Below, piece by piece: positions 1-12,804 of a stretch of 64,000 nt of DNA; the stretch's first letter is position 1; each line of letters begins with the position of its first letter. Position numbers and translations under genes: made by a program. Below the pieces are notes generated by a model. The model saw nothing but the letters and a program-made list of their open reading frames with translations, had not been told where the DNA came from and searched no databases. Source of the DNA: Rebecca billardiae RCC1528 (Eukaryota; Protista; Haptophyta); assembly GCA_965240325.2 (NCBI GenBank), contig OZ251251.1:744001-808000 (forward strand), read 5' to 3'.

Positions 1-1
1 G

Positions 2-325
2 CTGGCCTCGGGCGAAGTTCGCGAACTCGCGAACCGGTTCGCGAACTACGCGAACTTGTTCGTGAACCCCCCACTGTCAATCTCCCATATGTAAGCGGCC
101 AATCTCAAGGTAATCTTGGGTCGATATTCCAATATGATTTCCGCCAAACTGGGAGAATATTCAATATTTAATCAAGTTTTCCTATTAAATCGAATAAATA
201 ATCGGTTCGCGTACGGTTCGCGAAAGTTTGCGAGTTCGTTCGCGAGAGGGCCGTCGGGGAGGCAGTGAGTTCGCGAACTCCCGTGGTTCGCGAACCGAGG
301 TTCGTGAGTTCGTTCGCGAGGCCAG
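2..325. mobile_element. MITE-like non-autonomous element with imperfect terminal inverted repeats and GTTCGCGAAC palindromes
   Basis: CTGGCCTCG at 2-10 is the reverse complement of CGAGGCCAG at 317-325. The arms carry the palindrome GTTCGCGAAC at 17-26, 37-46, 269-278 and 286-295 plus degenerate copies. An AT-rich core lies at ~75-200. The left end is at the window edge, so no TSD can be checked. Confidence 0.5.
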
Positions 326-1660
326 ATTACACGAACCGGGATCGCTGATCTCGGGCATCTCTGGCCGATGGGTATTGGCCGATGGCCGTCCGGCGGCCGG
401 ACCGCCGTACTCGTAGGCCGCGCCGGACGGCACGGCCACGGCGCCGGCGCGTGATGGCCGCGTGAGCACGCCGCGCGGGCTGCAGCACTGTCCGACTCTG
501 CACGGTCGTAGTTCGAGAGGGCGGCCCCGGGGCTCGGCCGACCCAACTGGTGGACTTGTTGAGCCCCAGTGGCGGTCTCGACCGAGCTTGGCAGGTGTGT
601 GTGTGTGCCTGTGTGTGTTAATCTGATATATACTATATCAGTTACAGGCGACTATGTCTATATATTGCGATGTATTTGCCGATTCTGCGCGCCGGCCCGG
701 CGAGTGAAGGACGCGAGGTGCAGCAGGCGGCGAGCCCGGCGAGACTCCGAGGGCGAGTCAGCGGCCGCACCCGCGCCCGCGACCGCGCCCACGCCTGCGC
801 CCACGTGACCCCTACTTCTGCCACGCGGCTCGCGCTTGCACTGCCAGCAGCGCTGCGGCATCGTCTCACGCAGACCACGTCTGCCGACGCGGCGACTGCG
901 GCAGCCTCGCGGCGAGCGGACGAGCGGTGGCTGCCGCAGCACAGTAGTCGGCTGCAAGCAGCTTCTGCGACGAGATCATGCCCAGACCGAGAGTCAAGCC
1001 GACCTCGTTGGGGTACCGCATACGTTCTGCCCGAGTGGCGAATAATCTTTTGCCGAAAAAGAAAAAGAGGTGAATGAATATATATATATATATGATGTAT
1101 TCATTTATTCATTTATTCGTCGTAGTCGGCCACTGGCCGATGAACGGGCAAACGTGGGCATCCTGTGGCCGACGGGTTGGCCGACGCCCGTCGAGGCTTG
1201 ATTCGCACACAGCGGCGACGGCGGCGCGCGCCGCCGCGGGGGGACGCACGCGCTGCGGGCCGAGATGAGTCCGGCCGCCGAGCCGCGGTGGCGGCGTCGG
1301 CGTGCGCGCCGGGCGAGGTGGGCGAGCTCACGCGGCCCGGGCTCAGCACGCCCGTGCACAGCGCCGGCCGCGGTGGCGAGCGCGCACCGCTCGGCCGCGG
1401 TGGCAACCGGCTGAGCGGTTGATGTTTGAAGCCGCGAGGTCAGCGACGTCTCCGATGACTCGGCCATGATTGTGGTCCTCCTTCGCCCACGGGTGCTTTG
1501 TCGACCATCCGCTGGAGGCGCGCCAACGTCGGTACGGACAGCGCCTGCTTGAGCGTCGTGATGTGCATCAGCTCGAGCCGGCCGAAGATGGGCCCGCCGA
1601 CGGCGATGATCATGATGTGCGCGCTTGCCGCTTGGGCACCCGTCCTCGTCGCGAGACGCT

Positions 1661-1919
1661 GGCGGGCGGGTAACCCGTTTTTCTTATTTCATTATGGCAA
1701 AGGAGGTTCATCCATCGAGGCAGGCGGGTAACTTGGTTTAACCAGCGCTATTCAAAACAATCCCTTCATTATGACACTCAGGAGGTTCATCCATCGAGGC
1801 AGACGGGTGACTTGGTTGGACAAGCGCTATTGAAAAGAATCTCTTTTAATATGACGAGGCGGTTCATCCATCGAGGCAGGCGGGTAACGTATTTGAACAA
1901 GCACTATTCAAAAGAATCT
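1661..1919. repeat. Degenerate ~78-bp tandem repeat (3 copies plus a partial one)
   Basis: Units start at 1701, 1780 and 1857, each AGG(A/C)GGTTCATCCATCGAGGCAG(G/A)CGGGT(A/G)AC...AGC(G/A)CTATT(C/G)AAAA(C/G)AATC. A partial copy (GGCGGGTAAC...TTCATTATG) lies from ~1661. Confidence 0.9.
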
Positions 1920-2382
1920 GGCCTCATAGCTGTTTTCGACCCAAAACAATCAAACGTCGCTCGGCAAACTCGTACTTCAGCATACAAGAGGGGTAGGAAT
2001 ACTCACTTGTTTCACCCCCGGGGTATCTGATCCCACGTCCGTCCATAGTAGATACAAGAATTGCAGCGGGCGCGGCCTTTTAAGCTGTGATGGACAGCAT
2101 ACCCCCCCTCAAAAAGTCGAAAACTCACCCTCCAACAGCCCTCAAAATCGTCCCCCATCCCCTTTTCTTTGATCAAAAGATCTTTTTGAGTTTTTGACAA
2201 CGTAGTGAGGGCCCCCGGCGGGGCTCCACGCTACGCGCTCCGCCCTGCACCGCGGGCCATTATAATATTAATGCGACGTGGTCGTATGCAACGGGCAGGC
2301 GTCAGAGTCGTCAGCAAGCTGTCGCACCAGCTAGATCGATGAGCAGCAGAGACAAACACGACCAGGATCAGCGGTCCTCGCC

Positions 2383-2384
<2 letters not shown>

Positions 2385-2442
<58 letters not shown>
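2385..2442. repeat. 58-nt poly-C (poly-G on minus strand) homopolymer
   Basis: Directly visible uninterrupted run of C. Confidence 0.9.
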
Positions 2443-4074
2443 ACACCTCGTAGTCAGCCCATCACTCCATCGCCTAGCGGAAGCTCGACACACCGTCTGG
2501 CGTCGACGCGCGCGCGCCACCGCGGTGGTCGCGGTGCCACGCGTCGTCAGCCGTCTTCTCGAAGTAGTCGTCGTACGCAGCGCCCCCGCGGGCGCATGCC
2601 CCCGGGCGCACGTGCGCCATGCCCGCGCGGGCGATGAGCATATGTTGGATTAGCGGCGCGGTGATCGATGACGACGCAATAGCCAATATAATGATCCATG
2701 GCGAGCCGGCGCCGTAGGCCCGCGGCCATCACCGACTCGCAGCTCCTGCACTGGCCGCCCGCGGTATATATACGCGTACCAACCGCCCCGCGGCTCCATC
2801 GTCCATGATGGTGATGGTCATCCCGCGAACTCCCGGCGATCCAGCAGAGCAGCACTGGGCGGCTATATCCGGACCGTCGTCATCGTCATCGTCAAGCTGA
2901 AGCCGCTGCTGCTGTGTAGATAATGGTGCCACGACTGAAGTATTCATTCACGATCGCGGCCACGACCACGGAGCTGCCAGCAGTCGTCGCGCCTGCGTGA
3001 CAACCGGACTGACCCTCTCCTGCGCTGCCGCGCCAACGGCTCAATATCGCCGCGCGCCGCTTGTAGCCAATAACAGTGTGAGTGCCGGTGCCGACGGGAC
3101 GACCAGCAGGCTGTGCGTAGCTAGCAGCGTCGGTGCGATGGCGCCAGATATAGCAGTTCAGATCAACCGCTGACTGACTGGGCCCAACTCTGCTGGTCCG
3201 CGACGGCGCAGTCTACTGAAGGCTGCTGTAATGAATGACCTGTGGAGGCCCCTGACGCGGCTGACGCCGTCACACGGCGAGTCGGAGCGGCGCCGCGCGG
3301 CCCGGAGTGGCAGTCCACGTTGACTGGCTGGAGGGTGCCCGAGCGGCGGGCCGCAGAGATCCAGAATCTAGTATTCTTAGTCGTCATATTAATGTGACAG
3401 CTTGACTCGTAGTACAGTAATCAGTAGTTCCGCAGTGCGGCAATACCGCGCGCCCATCCGGCGGGCCATCGTCACCAGCGGCCGAGCCAGTAGACGGCGA
3501 CCTGCTTGGCTCTTGTTCAGAGTCTGAGGCCTCGCCTGCAGGTCATCCCACGCAGCCGGATGGGAACACCCCCTCCCTGTCGCCAGACCTTGCCTCGTCG
3601 GCTCAGAGCAAGCCACTGCGTGCGCTCGCGGCAAATCCGCGCTTCTAAGGTTAGCGGCCGTCAGGCCGGCAGCTGACTGCGCGGCTCATCGGCGGGTGCG
3701 CCCAGTATTGGCGGCGGCGCACAGTCGCACAGACGTTTCCAGCGGAGATGGGTGGCGCCATGCGCCGGTTATGCCGCTGGCCGGAGCTACTCGCCACCCC
3801 TCACTCACACACCGGTGGCGCGCAGGCCGCGCGCCCGCGACGACGACGGCGCGGGCAAGACGCGCGCCGAAAGTTGGCCGCCACGGTTTGTACTTCGTCC
3901 AGTTGTCCTGGTCCGGGTGCCCATCTTCGCCCTCTCCGGATTCTCCTCGCCCTCGCAGGCTCGCAGCACCGTCGTCATCGCGCACGCGGTGGCGGTGGCT
4001 CGTAGCTCTCCGAGTCGCGCCGCGCTCGCCGTCGGCTCCCCGCAGCGCACGCCCCAGGAGCCCAGCCCCCCGGC

Positions 4075-5715
4075 ATGGCGGCGCTCGTGCAGTCCCTCCC
4101 CCCGTCCATCCTCGCGCTCTTCGCGCCGCGCGCCGCCATCGAATTCAAGAAGCCGATTGAGAAGAAGAAGCAGCCGCCGTTTTCGGGCCTCGGCGCGTTC
4201 GTGGGCAGCTTCGAGAGCGCGGAGGAGCAGGAGGAGGCGCGGAAGAGCTGGACGCCGTACGAGACGCTCCCCGAGCGCCAGGCCCGCGCGAAGGCCCGCC
4301 GCGCCGCGCGCGCCGCCGCCAAGCAGGAGCAGACGCGCAGTCGGTGGGATCCGCACGCGGACACGCGCGCCGTCGGCGACCCGTTCTGCACGCTGTTCGT
4401 CGGGCGGCTGGTGCGCGCGGCGCCGCGCGGCGAGGGGGCGCAGCTGACCTGCCGTGCGTGCGGCCCGTCGCGTCTGCCGGCCGACCGCGGCCCGGTGCAG
4501 CGCGCCGCGCGCCAGCGCGCGCATCGGCCGCGCGCCGCTCACGCGCGCGCCGCCGCGCCGCGCGCTCCCCCGTGCGTGCTGCGCCGCGCGGCGGCGGCCC
4601 GCAGAGCTATGACACGGACGAGGCGTCGATCGAGCGCACGTTCGGCGCGTACGGCCCCGTGCGCCACGTGCGCGTCGTGCGCGTGCGCGCGCCCACGCCC
4701 GAGCCCGACGGTGGCGGCGCCGCAACCGGCGGCGGTGCGGCGGCGGAGGCGGCGAAGGCGGCGGAGGCGGCGGAGGCGGCGGAGGCGGCGGAGGCGGCGG
4801 AGGCGGCGGCCGGCGCGGAGACCGGCGGCGCCGAGGGCGACGAGGGCGCGGAGGGCGAGGTGAAGCCAGAGGAGCCCGCGCGCAAGCGCCAGCGCCGCGC
4901 GCCCGACGCGCCCACAACCGCCGAGCACGGCGCGGACGCGAAGGTCAACGGCGGCGGCGCGCACGCGGCCAGCGGCGCCGCTGCTGGCGGCGCGGGTGGT
5001 GGCTCGCGCGCCGAGGGCCGCTCGCGCGGGTACGCGTTCGTCGAGTTCAGCCGCGAGGCCGACGCGAAGGCGGCCGTCAAGGTGCGCCCGCGCGCGATCC
5101 GCGCGCGATCCGCGCGCCGCTTGCCGCGCTCCCGCCCGCGTCGCCGTGGAGGGGGGCGGCGCAGCGCGGCGCGGCGCGCGCGTGCCGCCTGCTTCTGCCA
5201 GCGCGCGCGCTCGCCTTTGCCTTGGCTCAGCGCGCGAGCCCGGACGGGGACGCGCCCCGGCGGCGCGCGCGCGTCGCGCAGGAGCTGCACGGCTCGAGCC
5301 TCGACGGGCGGCGCATCGTCGTCGACGTGGAGCGCGGCCGCACCGTCAAGGCGTGGGAGCCTCGAAAGCTGGGCGGCGGGCTCGGCGCCGGCCGCACCGC
5401 GCGCACCAAGTCCTTACTGCCCCCGCGCGGCGCGCCGTCGTTCGGTGGCAGGTGTGTGCGCGCGCGCGTGCGCGGGGCGGGGCGTGCGCGCGCCGGCCGA
5501 GCGTGCCGGAGGGTGCGCGCGCGCGCGTGAGCCAGGCTGCCGCCTGGGGAGCGGGCGGGCGCGCATCGTCACTTGCGAGCGCGCGTTCGCGGCCGCGCGC
5601 GTGCGCGCTGTGCGTGTGTGCGTGTGCGTGTGCGTGTGTGTGTGTGCGTGTGCGTGTGCGTGTGTGTGTGTGTGTGTGCGTGTGTGTGTGCGCGTGTGTG
5701 TGTGTGTGTGTGTGC

Positions 5716-5746
<31 letters not shown>

Positions 5747-5759
5747 CGTGTGTGTGTGC

Positions 5760-5790
<31 letters not shown>

Positions 5791-5921
5791 CGTGTGTGTG
5801 TGCGCGTGTGTGTGTGTGTGTGTGTGCGCGTGCGTGTGCGTGTGTGTGTGTGCGTGTGCGTGTGCGTGTGTGTGTGTGTGTGTGCGTGTGTGTGTGCGCG
5901 TGTGTGTGTGTGTGTGTGTGC

Positions 5922-5952
<31 letters not shown>

Positions 5953-5965
5953 CGTGTGTGTGTGC

Positions 5966-5996
<31 letters not shown>

Positions 5997-6117
5997 CGTG
6001 TGCGTGTGCGTGTGTGTGTGTGCGTGTGCGTGTGCGTGTGTGTGTGTGCGTGTGCGTGTGCGTGTGTGTGTGTGTGTGTGCGTGTGTGTGTGCGTGTGTG
6101 TGTGTGTGTGTGTGTGC

Positions 6118-6148
<31 letters not shown>

Positions 6149-7072
6149 CGTGTGTGTGTGCGCGTGTGTGTGTGTGCGTGTGTGTGCGTGTGTGTGTGCG
6201 TGTGTGCGTGTGTGCGTGTACTCGCGGCCCCGGCACCCGCATCGCCCCTCTGACGCGGCGCGCGGCGGCGTGCCCTCCTCGCCCGCAGGCCGCCCATGCA
6301 CCACCGCCCCTTCGAACGCCACAGCGGGCCCCCCTCCTCCTCCGACGGCGGCGGCGGCGGCGGCGGCGGCTGGCAGCGCTCAGGAGGCAGCGGCCTGCGC
6401 GGCGCGGACGGCAGAGACGGCCCGCCTGCCCCCGGGCTCCGCGACGCCGGCGGGCGGCCGGGTGGCGGGTACGGCGGCGGCGGCGGCGGCCTGGCGGACC
6501 GATTCGGCGTGAGCGGCGGTGGCGGCGGCGGTGCCGCTGCCGGCGACTGTGGCTCGCGCTACGGCGGCGGCGGCGGCGGCGGCGGATACGGCGGCGGCAG
6601 CCGCGACGTCGGCCGCGGCTCCGGAAGTGCCTCGGCCGTGACGTGGGGGGCCGCCGCCGCGGACGCTGATCGCGCGCCGCCACCGCGGCCGCGCTCGCGC
6701 TCGCGCGAGCGGCTCGACCGGCCGCCGCCGCGCGACCTCGACCGGTACGGCTCCGCCAACCGGTACGACCGTTACGCCGCCGACCGTTACGGCGGCCGCC
6801 ACTCTGAGGATCGACACGAGCGGCGGCGCTCGTCGCCCGAGCGCGCGCGCCGTTCGGACGACCGTTACGACCGTTACGGCTCCGACCGGTACGACCGGTA
6901 CGGCTCCGACCGGTACGGCTCGGACCGGTACGAGCGCGAGCGCGCCGACCGCTACGCCGAGGATCGGCCCCGCGACTCGCGCGAGCGCGGCGAGCGCGGC
7001 CGCTCGAGCGGCGGCGCTGAGCGGGAGAGCAGGCGGGACCCGCGCGCGGAGCGCTCGCGCTACTACGACTGA
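4075..7072 (+). CDS. SNRNP70: U1 small nuclear ribonucleoprotein 70 kDa
   Basis: Exons 4075-4410, 4605-5081, 5282-5451, 6289-7072 with GT-AG introns and consistent phases. N-terminal [12 protein letters not shown]; WDP...[12 protein letters not shown]|SYDTDE (RNP2); [10 protein letters not shown] (RNP1); [28 protein letters not shown]; RD/RE/RS-rich tail. Confidence 0.95.
5609..6221. repeat. ~610-bp alternating purine-pyrimidine (TG/CG)n tract in U1-70K intron 3
   Basis: Continuous TG and CG dinucleotides inside intron 5452-6288. Confidence 0.95.
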
Positions 7073-7505
7073 TTGATGGTCTGATCGAGTGATGAGTCGA
7101 GAGCGCTTCTCCGGCTGCGCCTACTGTGACTGAGTCGATGGCTGAGCCTACGGCTGAGTGAGTGGCGGCGGGGCGGGGCCGTGGCGGACTGCCGGCGGGG
7201 CGGGCGGGGCCGTGGGCGCCGCCGCCGCGCCGCGGGCCGCAGCGCCCGCGGCCGGCAGGAGCCCTCCGGCTCCGCCACTGGGGCCGGCCCAGCGCCGCGC
7301 GGCTGCCAGAGTCCTGGGAGGCCCGAGCCCTGCGGCCTGTCGCCCACAGTGACTGTCGGCCCTGTCGCCCCCCGCCGGCGTGCGCGCGGGTCAGAGCGCG
7401 AGCCCGACTCCGCGCCGGTACTGCTGTGAGTACTGTCTGTACTGAGTACTAGTTTAGTAGTCGCCCCGGCGGCTGTCCGAGTACAGCGCGCTGTACTCGC
7501 CGTTA

Positions 7506-7565
7506 ATATATATATATATATATATATATTAATTAATAATATATATATATATTATAAATTATATC
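7506..7565. repeat. (AT)n / AT-rich island between convergent genes
   Basis: ATATAT... tract in an otherwise GC-rich intergenic region between the U1-70K and RBBP5 3' ends. Confidence 0.85.
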
Positions 7566-9359
7566 TCGTACCGTGTAGGCCGGCCGTGCGGCAGCCCGGC
7601 GGCAGGCCTGCCGCGCCCCGGCCCCGGGGCCGGTCCGGCTGCCCGCCGTGGCGCCGGCGTCAGGCGGTCACTCGGGGCAGCCCCGAGCCCGCTGCGTGTC
7701 ATACTGTAATAAGTAAGTATTAGTAAGGGCGCCGCTGCTCAGTCAGTGGGGCGTGGTCAGGGCGCCTGGGCTCCCGTGACGGACCTGCTGACTGGCGGAC
7801 CGTGTCCACCTCGGGTCAACTGCAGACCGGCCCACTTTGGTCCGCGGCGCGCAGTATCAGTCAGCAGGCTAGCCCGGTTCCGCTGAGCGGCTACGGCGAC
7901 TTCGCAGTGACTCACTAACTATACTAGTGCTAACTTAGTCCGTTCAGTAGCAGCTTATATAATTGCATGCAGCAGCGGCCGCGCGCCGGGTGACGCGGGT
8001 CGCATCCGGCATCGCGTCATCATAAGCAGACATATCACGTCGCCGCACAGACATATCGCGCAGTAGCGCGCAGCATGCGCACGAGCGCAGTGTCGAGTGT
8101 CGCCAGTGTCGGGCTCGCGGACTACCTGATTCGCGGATCCGGGCTGAGTCGGGGACCCATTGCCAAGCGCGAGCCTCGCTCGAAAAAAAAACGATGCGCC
8201 ATCGCTGATGACGACTGCTACACGACACTTTCCGGGCGCGGTGCGCGAGTGATGCTGTGATGTAGTCATTAGGCGCCTGGTCGCTGCCCCAGGCTTGCCG
8301 CTGCCGCCGTGAGGCTGCCGCGCCGGCGGCGGCGGCGGCGGGACAGCGCAGTGCGCACTGAGCGCATCTGCTAGTTACAACCTACCTACTGTAATAACCT
8401 AGTACTGTAGTAGTCCGCGTGTAGCGGCGTTGCTCACTAACGTACGCCTGCTAACTGCCGTCACCGCGCGCCCCTGCATCCGCTGCTTATAGTGCCGCGC
8501 TGGCGCGCAGGCACGGTAACTATATATATATATAGCTGATGCGCTTGCAGCTAACTCCGTCACACGTGACACGTTGCACGGCCTCTCGGCGCTCGGCGAG
8601 CATGGCGCCATGGGCGTGCTGCGCTCAGCAGGCGTGTCGTCGTCATCAAGCGCGCAGCGTGCACCTGTCTCATCGCATCGGCGCATCCGTTGGCAACGGT
8701 TCCGATTAGCCGCTGACGCCCGCTGAGAGTGACGGGGCGCGGCGGCCCGCGCCGCCGGCGGCGGCGAGTCTCCGAGGCGCGCGCGAACTGAGGCGACAGG
8801 CACAGTGCCGAGCCGCGACTCAGTTGAGTACGCCTTAGAGTGCTGCGTAGTAGTAGTCTCAGCTGTATGCTGTTCGTGGGCCGCGCACACTCATCGGCTG
8901 TGACACTCGTCGCTGCCAGGGCGGCACTCTCAGTGCCCGGATGCTGGCGGCTTGGTCAGCAGCCGGCATCATCTGATCGACCGGCGCGGCGCCTGCGGCG
9001 AGCGCCGTCCGCGCGCTCGGCTGTGATCAGTGATGCGTCCGCGCGACTCGACGATAAGACCGCGGTGGCGGCGGCCGGGCTGGCTACGGCTGCTGATGAT
9101 ATGACGAGCTAGATGCATGATGCGCGCGCCGATGCCGAGTAGTGTTGCGCTGTCGAGTATGCTGGCGCGAGCAGTCACCCGCCACGTTGTCCCCGGGACG
9201 TCGCTGTCCGACAGCGACTCAGTCGGACTCGGATGCGCGAATGGCAATGCGTGATCACTGTTCCGATTTACGGCGCATTATCACTCGGAGGTCAGCTGCC
9301 CGGAGCCGGATCGGCTGGCACGCGCGGCACAGTCCGCGGGGTGGTCGTGGTCTTTCGGC

Positions 9360-11746
9360 TCATTGGTGCGGCGTGCGAGCCTGCGCGCTGCCGCCTCCTG
9401 GCCCGCCTGCGCTCGCCGGGTGCGCGCCGAGGCCGAGCATGGGCTGCGCCGCCACAGGCCGCTGCGCGCCCGCACCTTCAGCGGCGGCGGCGCCGCCGCC
9501 CGCGCCGCCATAGCCCAAGCAGGCGGCGCCGCCCGCAGCGTACTCCGCGGCGTGCGCGGCGGCGTGCGGCGGGGCGCCGCCCATCACGCCGCCCATCGTG
9601 CACGGCGCCATCGGCGGCGCGCCCACCGACGTGGGCGGCGGCTGCTGCTGCTGCGCCGGCTGCGCACAAGGGTAGGCCTGCGCAGTCACCGGCCGCGCAC
9701 ACCCGCCGCCGCCCGCGGCGACCGCACCCGGTGGTGCCGGCCTCGAGCTGCCGACGGGGAGAGCCATTGAGTAGGGCGGGGAGGCGGGCATGCGCTGCGG
9801 CGGCGACGCGGCGGCGCCGACCCCGCCGGCCGAGCCCGCGCAGCCCGTGCCGGCCGCGGCCGGCCGCCCCAGCCCTGGGCTGCTCAGCGCGTGTGCGCCG
9901 CTGCCCACTCCGCACGCGCACCCGCACCCGCCGTAGCCGCAGCCGCAGCCGCCGCAGCCGCCGCCGCCGCCACCGCTGGAGGGCGGCGGTCCGGCCGATG
10001 CTGCGGCGTTGGGCATGTCGAAGCGGACGCTCGGCGCAGACGGCGTGCCGAGGGGCGGGCGCGGCGCTGGCTGCTGCGCAGCCATCGGCTGCTGCGGCTG
10101 CTGCTGTGAGTGTGGCGGCTGCTGCGTCGCCGGCAGCAGCGCCTTCGCCGCCGCCGCCTCCGCCTTGTCCTGCGCGCGCTTGAGCCGCTTTGCGGCCGAT
10201 CGCTCCGAATCCCGCTCGCGCTTCCGAGCGGCGCGCGCCGCCGCCTTGACGGCCGCCGCCTCGGCCGCCGCCCGCTGCTCCGCACTCGCCGGCGCGGCCG
10301 CGGCGGAGGGCGCGCCCGCCGGCGCGCCGGCCGGTGTGGCGCCGTTCTCGCCACCGTGCTCCCGCTTGGGCGGCTTGGGCGGCTTGGGCGGCTTGGGCGG
10401 CTTGGGCGGCTTCGGTGCCTTCGGCGGCTTGGGCGGCCTGGGCGGCTTGGGCGCTTTGCCCGAGCCGCCGCCGGCGCCGCCCGCCGCGGCGGATGCGCCG
10501 TGCATGGCGGAGGCGGAGGCGGCCGCGCCGCCCGCCCCGCCGCTCGCCGCGCCTGCGCTGTGCATGCGCGAGAGGCCGAGGGCGAGCTCCGCGCCCGGGT
10601 GTCCCGCGTCCTGCGCGCGCAGGGGCGGAGGTGCGGCGGCGCGCGGTGGCGCGCGCGCACGCGGCAGCGTGGTGGCGGGTGCGGGCGGCGCGGCCGAGTG
10701 AGCCGCCGCGCCGCGCAGCGTGGGCTGCGGTGGACGCGGAGCGACGGTGCGCGCACGCCCGTCCACGGCGCGGCGTCGCACGCGCGCACGCACCGGCTCG
10801 GGGTGCACCGGCAGCCAGTACAGCGAGCCCGAGAAGCCGTCGCCCGCGCCGCTCCCGTCGTCTTCGTCCTCCGTGTCGGAGAGATGGCCGCCGCCGCCGC
10901 CGGCGGCGGAACCGGCGCCGTGCGCGCCGCGCGGCGCGCGGGCAAACGGCCGGACCGCGCGCCTGCCGCCGGCGGTGCGGTGCGGTGCGCGGCTGGGCGT
11001 GTGCGCCGCGCCGCCGCTCGCGCCCTCGGCCTCCTCGTCCCCGTCGCCCCACACGTCAATCTCCGCCTCGGCTGCGCCCGCGCCGCCCTCCGCGCCGCCG
11101 GCCGCGCCGGCGGCCGCGCCGCCGCCGCCCGCGCCGCCGCCCGCCTCCGCACCGTCCGGCCCGTGCGAGGGCGAGTCCGGGTCGTACAGGTCGAACTCGC
11201 CCTCGCGCTCCTGGTACTCCTCGTTCTCCTGCCGCGCGCGCGCGCCGAGCGGGCGCCGCCGCACGGGGGGCGGGGGAGGGGCGGCGCGGCGGCGGGGCAC
11301 GAACATTCAGCCAAACGTCCGTCTGCGCGCGAGCGGCGCGCGCCGCGCCGCGCGCGCGTGCGCCCGCGCTCGGCGCGGCGCGGCGGCGCACCTCGAGCTC
11401 CTTGAAGTCGGGCGCGAAGGCGCGCCAGTTCTCCGAGTAGTGCTTCGCCCACACGTACACCGTGCCCGACGCGCCGAGCGACACCGCCATCAGGTGCGTC
11501 GGGTGCCACAGCGCGAGCCGCGCGCCGTCGCGCGGGCCGCGCACGATGCCGACGAGCGTGCCGTACGCTCGGTCCCAGAGGTAGAGCGTGTGCTCGGAGT
11601 GGCGCTCGGCGACGCCGACGACGGTCTCGCCGCGCGCGCTCAGCGCCGCGTGCGCCCAGCCCGTGCCGTTCACCACGTCGCTGAAGGTCCGGAAGTGCGC
11701 GCCGGCGGCGGGCGGCAGGACTGCGCCACCGCCCGCCGCCGAGCCC

Positions 11747-11787
<41 letters not shown>

Positions 11788-12804
11788 CCACCGGTCGCAG
11801 CCCACGACCGAGCCCGCGCGCACCGTCTTGTCGGCACACGTGAGCGCGACGCACGTGCGGTCGCGCGAGAGCGCCATCGAGCGGATCACGGCGTTCGCGC
11901 CGCCGACCGCCACGCGCGCGAGCGTGCGAAGCGGCGGCGCGGCGGCGCTCGCAGCGCCGTCCGAGCTGGCGGGCGGCGGCAGCCGGATGGCCACGAGCGT
12001 GTTGGCCGTGCCGACGAGGAGCGTGTCGTCGGCGCCGCGCGCCGCCGTGCGCAAGAAGAGCGCGCACGGCGGCGCGCCCGCGCGCCCGGGCCGGCCCGCC
12101 GCCGGCGGCGTGCCTCCGCCGCCGCCGCCGCCGGCGGCGCGTGGCGGCGTCGCCGCGGCCGCGCTCGCGGGCGCGGCCGCGGCGGCGGCGGCTGGCGCGG
12201 CGGCGGCCGGCGCGGGTGGCCCGCCCGCCGCGCTCCCCGCGCACGCCGCCTGCTGCTGCGGCTGCTGCGGCTGCTGCGGCGGCGTGCCGCCCGCGGCGCT
12301 CGGCTGCCTCGGCGGCGTGGCGGCGGCGGCGGCGGCGTGCGCCCTCGGCAGCAGCGGCACATCCCTGACGGTGCCGCCCTCGAGGTCGAGGAGGAGCAGC
12401 CGGCCGCTGGCGGTGCTCACGGCGGCGAGCGAGGAGCGCGGGCCGCCGAGCACCGTGCGCGCGATCGGCCGGTCGAGCTCGATCCGCGCGATCACCTCGG
12501 AGGCGAGAACGCCCCACACGATCAGAACGCCCGATGCGTCGGCGCTGAGGAGCCGGTGGCCGTTGCGCGACCAGCAGACGGAGACGACGGGCTCGGCGTG
12601 CTCGGCGAGCTCGCGCGCGACGCCGTGCGTGTCGTAGTCCCACACGAGCACGCGGCCGTCCGCGCAGCCGCCGGCGAGCAGCGTGCCGCGCCGGTTGAAC
12701 GCGAGGCACTTGCACAGGCCGTGAAAGAGCGCGTCGTCAATCACCTCGGGGTAGTCGGAGGGGACGGTGGCGTCGCGCACGGCGGAGGAGGGCGGGAGGA
12801 CCAT
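9360..12804 (-). CDS. RBBP5: WD40 subunit of the COMPASS/MLL H3K4 methyltransferase (RBBP5/Swd1)
   Basis: DYPEVID...CLAFNRRGTLLAGGCADGRVLVWDYDT...HAEPVVSVCWSRNGHRLLSA, then ENWRAFAPDFKELE|ENEEYQEREGEFD (hallmark RBBP5 motif split by intron 11229-11391) and later LYWLP. A probable in-frame intron lies at 10611-10793. The C-terminus is low-complexity with (KPP)n. Confidence 0.92.

Noticed and set aside
1701-1919. CRISPR-like repeat-spacer appearance
   Set aside because: The 'spacers' are homologous to each other, so these are whole-unit tandem repeats. The context is eukaryotic and there are no cas genes.
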